A model generated the notes under the pieces. It was not told the origin of the DNA and did no database searches. It saw nothing but the letters and a program-made list of their open reading frames with translations. Position numbers and translations under genes: made by a program. DNA of 64,000 bases. Source: Patescibacteria group bacterium (lineage in GTDB: Bacteria > Patescibacteriota > UBA1384 > JACPKC01). Of the stretch, positions 21,834 through 31,776 are shown piece after piece. Location: positions 1,009 to 65,008 of the forward strand of contig JBMNRW010000002.1 in assembly GCA_050944875.1 (NCBI GenBank), read 5' to 3'. The stretch's first letter is position 1; the number at the start of each line of letters is the position of its first letter.

Positions 21834-22985
21834 ATGGCTGATGCACTGTCGTTTCATCTAAGGCATAGGGGGAAGATCGGGACCGCGATTCTGACCCCGA
21901 TTGCGACGAACGAAGGGCTCGCACTGGCGTACACGCCAGGTGTTGCGGAGGTGTCAAAGGCGATTGCCGAAGATCAGGCCAAGGTCTGGGACTACACAAT
22001 GAAGAGCCGTACCGTGGCCGTCGTGACGGACGGGACGGCTGTGCTGGGGCTCGGTGACATCGGGCCGGAAGCGGCGCTCCCGGTCATGGAGGGGAAGTGC
22101 CTCCTCCACAAGCACCTGGGTGGCGTCGACGCAGTGCCGATCTGCCTCGCGACCAAGGATCCGGACGAGATCGTACGGATCGTCACCGCGCTCGCACCGG
22201 GGTTTGGCGCCATCCAATTGGAAGACATCGCAGCGCCGCAGTGTTTCGATATCGAGGCACGGCTGTCGGAATTGCTCGATATCCCCGTTCTCCACGACGA
22301 CCAGCATGCGACAGCGGTCATTGCGCTCGCGGCGCTCATGAATGCGGCGAAGGTAGCCGGGAAGGCAATGGCGACGCTCGAGGTGGTGGTGAGCGGGGCT
22401 GGAGCAGCAGGGATCGCGATCGCCCGGCTGGTGCGCCCGCTCGTCTCCCGGGTGACGCTCGTCGACAGTAAAGGGATCGTCTCGAGTGATCGGGCCGACC
22501 TCAATGCGTTCAAGCAGGAGTTTGCCGTCGACCGTCCAGGTAGCCTCGGTGACGCGCTCGAAGGTGCTGACGTCTTCTTCGGCGTCTCAAAGGGCGGGAT
22601 TGTCTCGAGGGAGATGGTCGCGCGCATGAACGCGGGTGCGATCGTCTTCGCGATGGCGAACCCCGAGCCGGAGATTCTCCCTGATGCGGCGCGCGCCGGC
22701 GGGGCGGCGGTCATCGGGACCGGCCGGAGCGACTTCCCCAACCAGATCAACAACTCGCTCTCGTTCCCGGGGCTTTTCCGCGGCGCGCTCGATGTCCGGG
22801 CAAGCCGGTTCACTGACGGTATGAAGCAGGCGGCTGCTCAGGCGATTGCTGACGCGGTGCCGGCGCCAACGCCTGATCGCATAGTCCCCGATCCGCTCGA
22901 TCAATCGGTGGCAGAGCGGGTGGCGAAGGCGGTCGCAGTAGCGGCGCGCGCGGACGGAGCTGCACGCATTGAGGTCGCGCAATGA
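21834..22985 (+). CDS. NAD(P)-dependent malic enzyme
   Basis: YTPGVA, DGTAVLGLGDIG, VMEGK, LEDI, HDDQH, GAGAAG, TGRSDFPNQINN. Confidence 0.95.
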   Translation: MADALSFHLRHRGKIGTAILTPIATNEGLALAYTPGVAEVSKAIAEDQAKVWDYTMKSRTVAVVTDGTAVLGLGDIGPEAALPVMEGKCLLHKHLGGVDAVPICLATKDPDEIVRIVTALAPGFGAIQLEDIAAPQCFDIEARLSELLDIPVLHDDQHATAVIALAALMNAAKVAGKAMATLEVVVSGAGAAGIAIARLVRPLVSRVTLVDSKGIVSSDRADLNAFKQEFAVDRPGSLGDALEGADVFFGVSKGGIVSREMVARMNAGAIVFAMANPEPEILPDAARAGGAAVIGTGRSDFPNQINNSLSFPGLFRGALDVRASRFTDGMKQAAAQAIADAVPAPTPDRIVPDPLDQSVAERVAKAVAVAARADGAARIEVAQ

Positions 22986-23518
22986 CTAGCCGTGGTCCGT
23001 GGCAGGTGCTCTCGAGCGAGGTGAAGTACGAGAACCCGTGGATCTCCGTCCGCGAAGATAAGGTGATTCACCCGGATGGTAAGCCAGGGATCTTCGGGGT
23101 TGTCACGATGGCGGCCGGTGTGACGATTCTCGCGCTCGATGACGCTGGTCGCGTCTACCTCGTTGAGCTCGACCGGTACGCCACTGGCACGCGGAGTTTC
23201 GAGCTCCCGGGCGGCGCCATTGACGCCGGCGAGACTCCGCTCGAGGCGGCGAAGCGCGAACTCCAGGAAGAGGTCGGGCTCGAGGCGGCAACGTGGACGC
23301 CGCTCGGCGGCGAGTTTGACGCGTACACGACGACGCTCACCTGTCCGCAACGGCTCTTCCTCGCGACAGGACTCACGGACGTCGGCAAAGTGGATGACCC
23401 GAACGAGCCAATGACCATACACCCGGTTCCGCTCGATGAGGCGATTGTCATGATCCAAGACGGCCGGATTACCGAACCGTTCTGCGCGACCGCACTCCTC
23501 CTGGCCGCGCGCCGCTAG
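22982..23518 (+). CDS. NUDIX hydrolase (ADP-ribose pyrophosphatase-like)
   Basis: ELPGGAIDAGETPLEAAKRELQEEVG Nudix box. Confidence 0.92.
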   Translation: MTSRGPWQVLSSEVKYENPWISVREDKVIHPDGKPGIFGVVTMAAGVTILALDDAGRVYLVELDRYATGTRSFELPGGAIDAGETPLEAAKRELQEEVGLEAATWTPLGGEFDAYTTTLTCPQRLFLATGLTDVGKVDDPNEPMTIHPVPLDEAIVMIQDGRITEPFCATALLLAARR

Positions 23519-23520
23519 GC

Positions 23521-23913
23521 TTACTGAAGGTTGCTGAGATAGCCCTTTAGGCTTGGGCAAGCGGGAAGTGCCCGGGCGTCAGCAAGGGCGATGTACTTGA
23601 GCTCAACGCACTCTTCTGACGGGACAAACCCAGCGATGTCGTCAACAGCAGTGCGGTAGCCGAGGTACAGAAAATCGAACTGGTCATTGTGCGACACACT
23701 CCACACTGCAGTCGGCTGCTCGTCGAGGACGCGGGCGGCAAGGCCGCACTCTTCATGTATCTCTCGGACGATCGTCTCGCGGGGCGATTCGTTGTCGTCA
23801 ATGCCGCCGCCAGGAATCTCCCAACGCCCGTCGGACTCCTTGAGGAGGAGTAGTCGTCCTTGGTCGTCGAACACGAGCGCTTTCGCCGAGACGCGGAAGA
23901 TACTATTGGGCAT
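23521..23913 (-). CDS. NUDIX hydrolase
   Basis: WEIPGGGIDDNESPRETIVREIHEECG; ATG preceded by AGGAGG. Confidence 0.9.
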   Translation of the reverse strand: MPNSIFRVSAKALVFDDQGRLLLLKESDGRWEIPGGGIDDNESPRETIVREIHEECGLAARVLDEQPTAVWSVSHNDQFDFLYLGYRTAVDDIAGFVPSEECVELKYIALADARALPACPSLKGYLSNLQ

Positions 23914-23980
23914 ATGCCTCCTAAATTTGGTTATGGATGCACTACAACAGACGCTTGTCTTTGGTGTCCAGTGGTGCACC

Positions 23981-25144
23981 TCAGTGTGAGTTGAGCGCTG
24001 CGACCGCGGGGAGCGTTTCGCCGGCCATGAAGGCGAGCGTCGAGCCGCCGCCCATTGAGACGAAGCGGTAGCGGTCGAGCGAGAGCTCTTCCTCGGTGAG
24101 GAGCGCGACGGTGTCACCGCCTGACACAACGCTATGCGCTGCTTCGTTGTCAGCGATCGCGCGAGCAACGGCAACCGTGCCAATACGGAAGTCTCGGGCG
24201 GTCGTACTCGTCATGCCCATTGTCCCGTTCCAGAAGATCGTCTTCGCGCCCTTGAGTACTTCAGTGAAGGTGTCGCGGGTCTTCGCGCCGATGTCGAGGA
24301 TCTTGTCACCCTGCCAGACGTAGTCCTCTGGCAAGACGAACTTGTCAGGCGCCCGGTCGTAGAGCGTCTTCGCGAGCACCATCCGTTCGGCGTCGGCAAC
24401 CGAGCGACCGATTTCCGTACCGAGCGCGCCGGCGAATGTGTTCGCCATCACACCGCCAAGGAGGAAGCTGTCGACGGTGTCGAGGAGGTGCTCGATGATC
24501 GGGAGCTTTGTCTCGACCTTCGCGCCGCCCAAGACGCAGACGAACGGCTTACCGGCTGCCTTCGTCGCTTGGCCGAGCATCGCGAGCTCGCGTTCGAACT
24601 GGATGCCGGCGACCGCGACCTTGGCCTCTTGGATTGCACCAACCGTCGAGGCGTGCGTCCGGTGCGCGACCGCGAACGCATCGAAGACGTAGAGGTCACC
24701 GAGGCCGGCGAGCTCTCGAGCGAGTGTGCGGTCGTCCTGCGTCTCGCGCGGGTCGAAGCGGAGGTTTTCGAGGAGGAAGATACTCTGGCCGAGCGGGTAG
24801 GCGGGGAGGCTCATGCCTTCAAGGCGGCGTGGTTCGAGCTCAAGCTCAGTGTGCGGGAACCCGAGGAGCGTGCGCAGGTGGTGGGCGACTGGCTCGAGCG
24901 ACAGCCGGGCGTTCCCGGCGGCAACTTGCGACGGCGCTTGGCGCGGACGGGAGACCGGCCGGCCGAGATGGCCGACGAGGACGATCCGGGCGGCGCCGTT
25001 GTCGCGGAGGTACTCAATGGTCGGGATGGCGGCGCGCAGGCGGAGGTCGCCCTCGATGGTGCCGCGGGCGCTGACGGGGACGTCACAGTCGATGCGGACG
25101 ACGACGCGTGCGCCGCGGACCGGGGTGTCGTGGAGTGTTTTCAT
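23981..25144 (-). CDS. pgk: phosphoglycerate kinase
   Basis: VRIDCDVP, GHLGRP, LLENLRF, DAFAVAHR, GGAKV, GGDT, SMGGGS. Confidence 0.96.
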   Translation of the reverse strand: MKTLHDTPVRGARVVVRIDCDVPVSARGTIEGDLRLRAAIPTIEYLRDNGAARIVLVGHLGRPVSRPRQAPSQVAAGNARLSLEPVAHHLRTLLGFPHTELELEPRRLEGMSLPAYPLGQSIFLLENLRFDPRETQDDRTLARELAGLGDLYVFDAFAVAHRTHASTVGAIQEAKVAVAGIQFERELAMLGQATKAAGKPFVCVLGGAKVETKLPIIEHLLDTVDSFLLGGVMANTFAGALGTEIGRSVADAERMVLAKTLYDRAPDKFVLPEDYVWQGDKILDIGAKTRDTFTEVLKGAKTIFWNGTMGMTSTTARDFRIGTVAVARAIADNEAAHSVVSGGDTVALLTEEELSLDRYRFVSMGGGSTLAFMAGETLPAVAALNSH

Positions 25145-25231
25145 GCCCCTGATGCTACGCAGAACGACGAGGGAAGTGCAACGCTTTGACAGGAGTAGCG
25201 CGCAAACCTATACTGCTCCCGTTGGAGGTCT

Positions 25232-25897
25232 GTGCACCCGCACCTTGATGTCCGCATCGTCGATATCCGACCGCTCACGCCAACCGTGAAGGAGTTTTGG
25301 CTCGAGCGGCTGGACGGCGCGCCGTACGCGTTTACGCCCGGCCAGCACCTCATGTACTGGTCCGGCCAGAAGTACGCGGAGTTCTCGCTCGCCTCTTCGC
25401 CCACAATGCCGGCAGTCGTCGCGATCGCTGTCCGGAAGCTCGGGCAGGCATCGTCGAAGCTCCACGCGCTCCGGGTCGGAGACGTTATTGCGGTAACGCC
25501 GCCGAAGGGCGAAGCGTTCCGCACCAGTCACCTCGCTGGCCGCGAGCTCTGGTTTGTCGCTGGCGGTATTGGGCTCGCCGGCCTCAAGGCGCAGCTCCAC
25601 GCTGTCGCGGCGGCTCCGGCGGAGTTTCCCGGTCGGCACAAGCTCTTCTACGGCCTCAAGGATCGCGCCGAACTCCTCTGGCCGGATGAGCTGCGTGCCT
25701 GGGCGAGCTGGCTCGACGTCGAAGTGACCGGCGACGGGCGCCACCTCCTCGGCGACCTCCTCCACGAAGGGTTGGGCGGGCACGGCCAGGTGACGGCGCT
25801 CATCTGCGGCCCGAACGCGTTCTACGAACCAGTACGACAGGTGCTCCTGAGGGTCGGCGTCCCTGCGACGCACATCCTCACGAACATCTGGGAGTAA
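25232..25897 (+). CDS. FAD/NAD-binding ferredoxin-reductase-like oxidoreductase
   Basis: FTPGQH, FSLAS, GQASSKL, VAGGIG, ICGP. Confidence 0.85.
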   Translation: MHPHLDVRIVDIRPLTPTVKEFWLERLDGAPYAFTPGQHLMYWSGQKYAEFSLASSPTMPAVVAIAVRKLGQASSKLHALRVGDVIAVTPPKGEAFRTSHLAGRELWFVAGGIGLAGLKAQLHAVAAAPAEFPGRHKLFYGLKDRAELLWPDELRAWASWLDVEVTGDGRHLLGDLLHEGLGGHGQVTALICGPNAFYEPVRQVLLRVGVPATHILTNIWE

Positions 25898-25909
25898 TGA
25901 AAGGAACCC

Positions 25910-27136
25910 ATGAGCGACGAATTCCGGATTCAGGTAAAGAACCACAAGACGCACAAGCACTCGCGCCACGAGTTCGAGGTAGAGGTGCCGGCGGTGACGA
26001 TGGGCGAGTTCTTCGAGCGGGCGTACCGCCAGCTCGCGCCGACCGTCGAGATCAAGGGCTTCCGTCGCGGCCAGGCGCCGAAGGTGCTCACGATCCAGCG
26101 GATCGGGAACGAGCGGTACTTTGGACTCGCGCTCGATATGGCCTTGCCGGCGACGTACGCCGAGGCCGTCAAGCTCGCCGACGTCCACCCGATCGCCCCG
26201 CCTGAGGTGGCGATCCAGTCGTACGGCGAGGGCGCCGCGCTCACGTACAAGGTGGTCGTCGACGTCATTCCCGAAATCGAGCTTGGCGACTACCAGAAGC
26301 TCAAGGTGAAAGCACCGAAGAAGGACGACGAGCTCACGGCGCGCGAGGTTGATGAGGTCATTGACCGGCTGCGCAAGCAGCAGGCCGTCGTGACGCCAGT
26401 CGACCGCCCAGCAGCGAAGGGTGACCGTGTTGAAATCGACTACGCTGGGCACGTCAAGAACGTGAAGCGCGACGATCTCTCGAGCCAACACTTCCCGCTC
26501 GTTCTCGGAGAGGGTGTCTTCGTCGCGAAGAAGCTCGAGGCCGCGCTCGAGGGGAAGAAGAAGGGCGACGTGTTCGAAGTCGAGGACAAGGTTGAGAAAG
26601 ATACGGTTCGGTTTGAGGTGAGCGTCCACGAGGTGGCCGAGGTGAAGCTCCCTGACGTCGACACTGCCTTCGCCGAGCAGTTTGGCCGGAAGGACGCGGA
26701 CGACCTCCGCGAAGCCGTGAAGAGTCAGCTCCGCATGGAGAAGGAGACCGCGCATCGGCGTGAGCTTGAGGACCTCGTGCTTGGTGAGGTGCTGAAGAAG
26801 GCGAAGCTCGAGCTCCCCGAGAGCCTCATCGAAGAGGAGATCGGCCGCCGCATCGGCGAGGTGAAACAGCAGCTCGGCGTCATGTTCCCGAAGTTCCTCG
26901 AGAGCCAGAAGAAGTCTGAAGACGATATCCGGAAAGAGCTCCGGCCGTCAGCTGAGCACTCAGTGAAGGCTGGACTCGTCCTTGGCGAGATCGCGAAACG
27001 CGAAGGCTTCGGCGAGGACCGCCACAAGGGCGAGCCGGAGATCGAGTTTCAGAAGCGCGTCGTCCGCCGGACGCTCAGCTACCTCGTCGCGATCGCGACG
27101 GGCACGAAGCCGGATGAGGCGAAGGCGGGGAAGTAG
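25910..27136 (+). CDS. tig: trigger factor
   Basis: IKGFRRGQAP ribosome-binding signature; FKBP-like region; upstream of clpP. Confidence 0.93.
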   Translation: MSDEFRIQVKNHKTHKHSRHEFEVEVPAVTMGEFFERAYRQLAPTVEIKGFRRGQAPKVLTIQRIGNERYFGLALDMALPATYAEAVKLADVHPIAPPEVAIQSYGEGAALTYKVVVDVIPEIELGDYQKLKVKAPKKDDELTAREVDEVIDRLRKQQAVVTPVDRPAAKGDRVEIDYAGHVKNVKRDDLSSQHFPLVLGEGVFVAKKLEAALEGKKKGDVFEVEDKVEKDTVRFEVSVHEVAEVKLPDVDTAFAEQFGRKDADDLREAVKSQLRMEKETAHRRELEDLVLGEVLKKAKLELPESLIEEEIGRRIGEVKQQLGVMFPKFLESQKKSEDDIRKELRPSAEHSVKAGLVLGEIAKREGFGEDRHKGEPEIEFQKRVVRRTLSYLVAIATGTKPDEAKAGK

Positions 27137-27169
27137 TCTTCCGCTATAGTGAGTGGAAAAGGAGTCAGC

Positions 27170-27805
27170 ATGGAACTACGGAACCAGATTCTCGTCCCGA
27201 CGGTCATCGAGAAGAGCCAGTTCGGTGAGCGGGCGTACGACATCTACTCCCGCCTCCTCAAGGAGCGGATCATCTTCGTCTCCGGTCCGATCGAGGACCA
27301 CATGGCGAACCTCATCGTCGCCCAGCTCCTCTTCCTCGCGAGCGAGGATCAGACGCGCGACATCCAGCTCTACATCAACAGCCCGGGCGGCTCAGTGACC
27401 GCCGGCCTCGCGATCTACGACACGATGGAGCACATCAAGCCAGACGTCTCGACGATCTGCGTCGGGATGGCGGCCTCGATGGGCGCGTTCCTCCTCGCCG
27501 GCGGGGCGAAGGGCAAGCGGTACGCGCTGCCGAACTCGAAGGTCATGATCCACCAGGTAATGGGCGGGGCGACCGGCCAGGCGACGGACATCAAGATCCA
27601 GGCCGAGGAGATCCTCCGTGTCAAAGACCGGATGAACGAGATCTTGGCCGCGAAGACCGGCCAGCCGAAAGAGAAGATCGAGCAGGACACGGAGCGCGAT
27701 AACTACCTGTCCGCCGACCAGGCGAAGGCGTACGGCCTCGTCGACGACGTGATCCACTCGGCAGTCGACGCAAAGCCGGCTGAGACGCCGAAAACCGAGA
27801 ACTAG
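27170..27805 (+). CDS. clpP: ATP-dependent Clp protease proteolytic subunit
   Basis: [29 protein letters not shown]. Confidence 0.98.
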   Translation: MELRNQILVPTVIEKSQFGERAYDIYSRLLKERIIFVSGPIEDHMANLIVAQLLFLASEDQTRDIQLYINSPGGSVTAGLAIYDTMEHIKPDVSTICVGMAASMGAFLLAGGAKGKRYALPNSKVMIHQVMGGATGQATDIKIQAEEILRVKDRMNEILAAKTGQPKEKIEQDTERDNYLSADQAKAYGLVDDVIHSAVDAKPAETPKTEN

Positions 27806-27884
27806 GCCAGGCACTACAGTTCGAGCTGCGGGCGCGTCGGGTTACCCCCTCGACGCGCCCGCTTCGCATTCGTACGCTAATCGT

Positions 27885-28484
27885 ATGGACACGCAAAAAA
27901 TCACCAACTTCCTCTTCGAGATCGCGTCAATGCGGCGGCTTACCCGTTCGCACCGGCAGTTCATTACTGGCGTCACGGACAACATCGCCGACCACAGCTT
28001 CCGCGCGGCGGTCATCGGCATGGTGCTCGCCGAGCTCGAGGGTGTCGACAGTAGTAAGGTGCTGAAGATTTGCCTCTTCCACGACCTCGCCGAGGCGCGG
28101 ACCGGTGACGCGAACTACCTCAACAAACAGTACGGCGACCTTCGGGAAGACGAGGTGACGCGCGACCAGATGGATGGCCTGCCGATCGGGCCGGAAATCG
28201 TCGCGCTTCTCGAGGAGTACGAGCGGCGGGAGTCGCCTGAGTCGGTCGTGGCGAAAGACGCCGACCTCGTCGACCAGATGATCTTGCAGCAGGAGTACTT
28301 CCGTGGCGACGACGAGAACCGGAACCGCTGGCACAACCACGCGGTCCGCAGTATGCGGACGAAGAGTGCCCGCGAGCTTGCCGAGCGGATCCGCGAGACG
28401 AACCCGCTCGAGTGGCTTTACGAGGTGACGGGGAAGAAAACGAACACCGTCGTCGGCGCGCCCGTGGAGTCGGTAACCGCGTGA
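27885..28484 (+). CDS. HD-domain phosphohydrolase (5'-deoxynucleotidase-like)
   Basis: IADHSFR, FHDLAEARTGD, KDADLVD. Confidence 0.88.
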   Translation: MDTQKITNFLFEIASMRRLTRSHRQFITGVTDNIADHSFRAAVIGMVLAELEGVDSSKVLKICLFHDLAEARTGDANYLNKQYGDLREDEVTRDQMDGLPIGPEIVALLEEYERRESPESVVAKDADLVDQMILQQEYFRGDDENRNRWHNHAVRSMRTKSARELAERIRETNPLEWLYEVTGKKTNTVVGAPVESVTA

Positions 28485-28936
28485 TCCGGGCGGTCATCTT
28501 CGACTGGGGACGGACGCTCTGGGACAACGACGCCGGCGCGCTCTACCCGGACGCCGAGCCGACGCTTGAGGCGCTGGCAGGTCAGTACCGCCTCGCCCTC
28601 TGTAGCGTTGCGCTCGAGTCGCCTGAGGAGCGCCTCAATCTTATCCGTCGTACCGGTCTCGACCGGTACTTCGAGTGTATGCGGGCGGTACCGCGCGGCA
28701 CGCCGAAGGATGGCATCCTTGACGAGACGCTCGCCGAGCTCGCGCTCACGCCACACGAGGTGGCAGTTGTGGACGATCGAATGTTCCGTAGCATTACGTG
28801 GGGAAACCGGGTTGGCGCGACGACGTTCTGGGTGTACCGCGGTCGGTTCGCGGACGAACTTCCGGCTCGCGAGACCGGCCAGCCTACGCACACGATCGGC
28901 GCGGTCGCCGACCTTCTTCCTATCCTCGGGGCGTAG
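28481..28936 (+). CDS. HAD-superfamily hydrolase
   Basis: AVIFDWGRTL motif I, VVDDR motif IV; GTGA overlap. Confidence 0.85.
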   Translation: MIRAVIFDWGRTLWDNDAGALYPDAEPTLEALAGQYRLALCSVALESPEERLNLIRRTGLDRYFECMRAVPRGTPKDGILDETLAELALTPHEVAVVDDRMFRSITWGNRVGATTFWVYRGRFADELPARETGQPTHTIGAVADLLPILGA

Positions 28937-28941
28937 GGGTG

Positions 28942-28970
28942 TTGACAGCTTTCTCGAGAGCCCATATACT
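28942..28970 (+). promoter_or_regulatory. 16S rRNA promoter
   Basis: TTGACA-17 nt-TATACT. Confidence 0.85.
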
Positions 28971-29220
28971 GCGCTCTGTGAGGTTCGAACGGAGCCAAAC
29001 AGCTTAAACCGCAGGTCGACCAGATGCACCGCTTACCAGGAACGATGCGGGTGCATCGTTTTTTGTCGGCTTTCGGCCTCGAACCTGTAGCTTGAAAACT
29101 CGCACTCGTATACGACCAGCGTATATAGGTAAGGACCAATCGGGATTGGTTTCTCGGTTGGTTGGAAGATTGAGCCTCGCCGGGGTTATCCGGCGTGTGG
29201 TCACAACATGAAGTGACATC

Positions 29221-30673
<1,453 letters not shown>

Positions 30674-30769
30674 TAACGGAATTTTGGTGCTTTGCTTGCA
30701 AAGTACCTACCGTAGGTCGATCTCTCACCTTGAGAGACCCTTTCAATCTTCCAACCATTGAGCGACCAA

Positions 30770-30799
30770 GTAAAACAGCGCCATTCGGCGCTGTTTTAC
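30770..30799 (+). terminator. terminator after 16S
   Basis: GTAAAACAGCGCC-ATTC-GGCGCTGTTTTAC. Confidence 0.75.
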
Positions 30800-30862
30800 G
30801 TTGCATTTGCTTGACGTTCTTCACTTGACCGAACCTGTTTCTTGGTAGAAAATGCCCGAAGT

Positions 30863-31309
30863 ATGCGCCCGTCGCTCCACGCCTTCACTTCGCGCCTCTC
30901 GCCTCGGCACTGGCGGCTGTTCGCCGCAGTGCTCGCCGTGGTGCTCGTGGCTGCGATCGCGTTGACCTGGCAGCGTAGCCAGGCAGAGGACGGGCGGAAA
31001 GTCGAAGCACTCGTGCTCACCGGCGAGGTGTCGTGGACGAGCGGCGACTTCCGCGTCGAGAACCGCGACCCGTTCGCGTGGAATCGCTGCAAGCTCGAGG
31101 TGAACGGCCAAAGCTACGGGGATGGGTACGGCTACCTCGTTGAGACTGTTCCTGCTGGCCGTCGGCTGAGCTTGCCGATGCGGGCGTTCTTGAAGGCTGG
31201 CCAGCAGTACGACGCAAGCCGCGAAGCGCCGGGCCGGTTCACGATCCGCTGCCAAGACGCGAACGGCCAGGTCGGCGTCTACGTCGGCCGCGCCAAGTCT
31301 GCCGAGTAA
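30863..31309 (+). CDS. membrane-anchored exported hypothetical protein
   Basis: N-terminal TM then a beta-rich domain with two Cys. Confidence 0.7.
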   Translation: MRPSLHAFTSRLSPRHWRLFAAVLAVVLVAAIALTWQRSQAEDGRKVEALVLTGEVSWTSGDFRVENRDPFAWNRCKLEVNGQSYGDGYGYLVETVPAGRRLSLPMRAFLKAGQQYDASREAPGRFTIRCQDANGQVGVYVGRAKSAE

Positions 31310-31386
31310 TCTGACCCCATCCTGAGCGGGGTCTCGTGTGCTCGCCCCGTTCATCTGGTATCCTTGCTCCTGATGATGGAGGGGCA

Positions 31387-31776
31387 GTGACGATCCAATG
31401 GATCCAGGCGATTCCGTGGTGGTACCGGCATGTGCCGGCTCTGTTGGCGCATCACCAGCGCCTCATCTTTGAAACGGTTGTCGACTACTTCTCGTTCGCC
31501 ATCCTCCTCCGAACGCTCTTCGCCCCGTGGAAGCGAGACCAGCGCGCAACCGACCGGCTGACGATCCCAGAGTGGGTGCGGGTCTTCGGTGAGAACATGA
31601 TGACGCGGCTCGTCGGGGCGATCGTCCGACTGGGCGCCATGGGTGCTGGGCTCCTTTGCCTTGCGTTCCTCGCAGTGCTCGACGTCCTCATTTGGATTAC
31701 CTGGCTCGTCGCACCGCTCCTCGCACTTGGACTCATTGCGCTAGGCATTCTCACTGGGCTCGGGGGGATGCAGTGA
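31387..31776 (+). CDS. membrane protein coupled to the Clp ATPase
   Basis: FSFAILLRTLFAPWKR, SR/TRLVGAIVR-type helix, two TM helices; GTGA overlap with the next gene. Confidence 0.8.
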   Translation: MTIQWIQAIPWWYRHVPALLAHHQRLIFETVVDYFSFAILLRTLFAPWKRDQRATDRLTIPEWVRVFGENMMTRLVGAIVRLGAMGAGLLCLAFLAVLDVLIWITWLVAPLLALGLIALGILTGLGGMQ

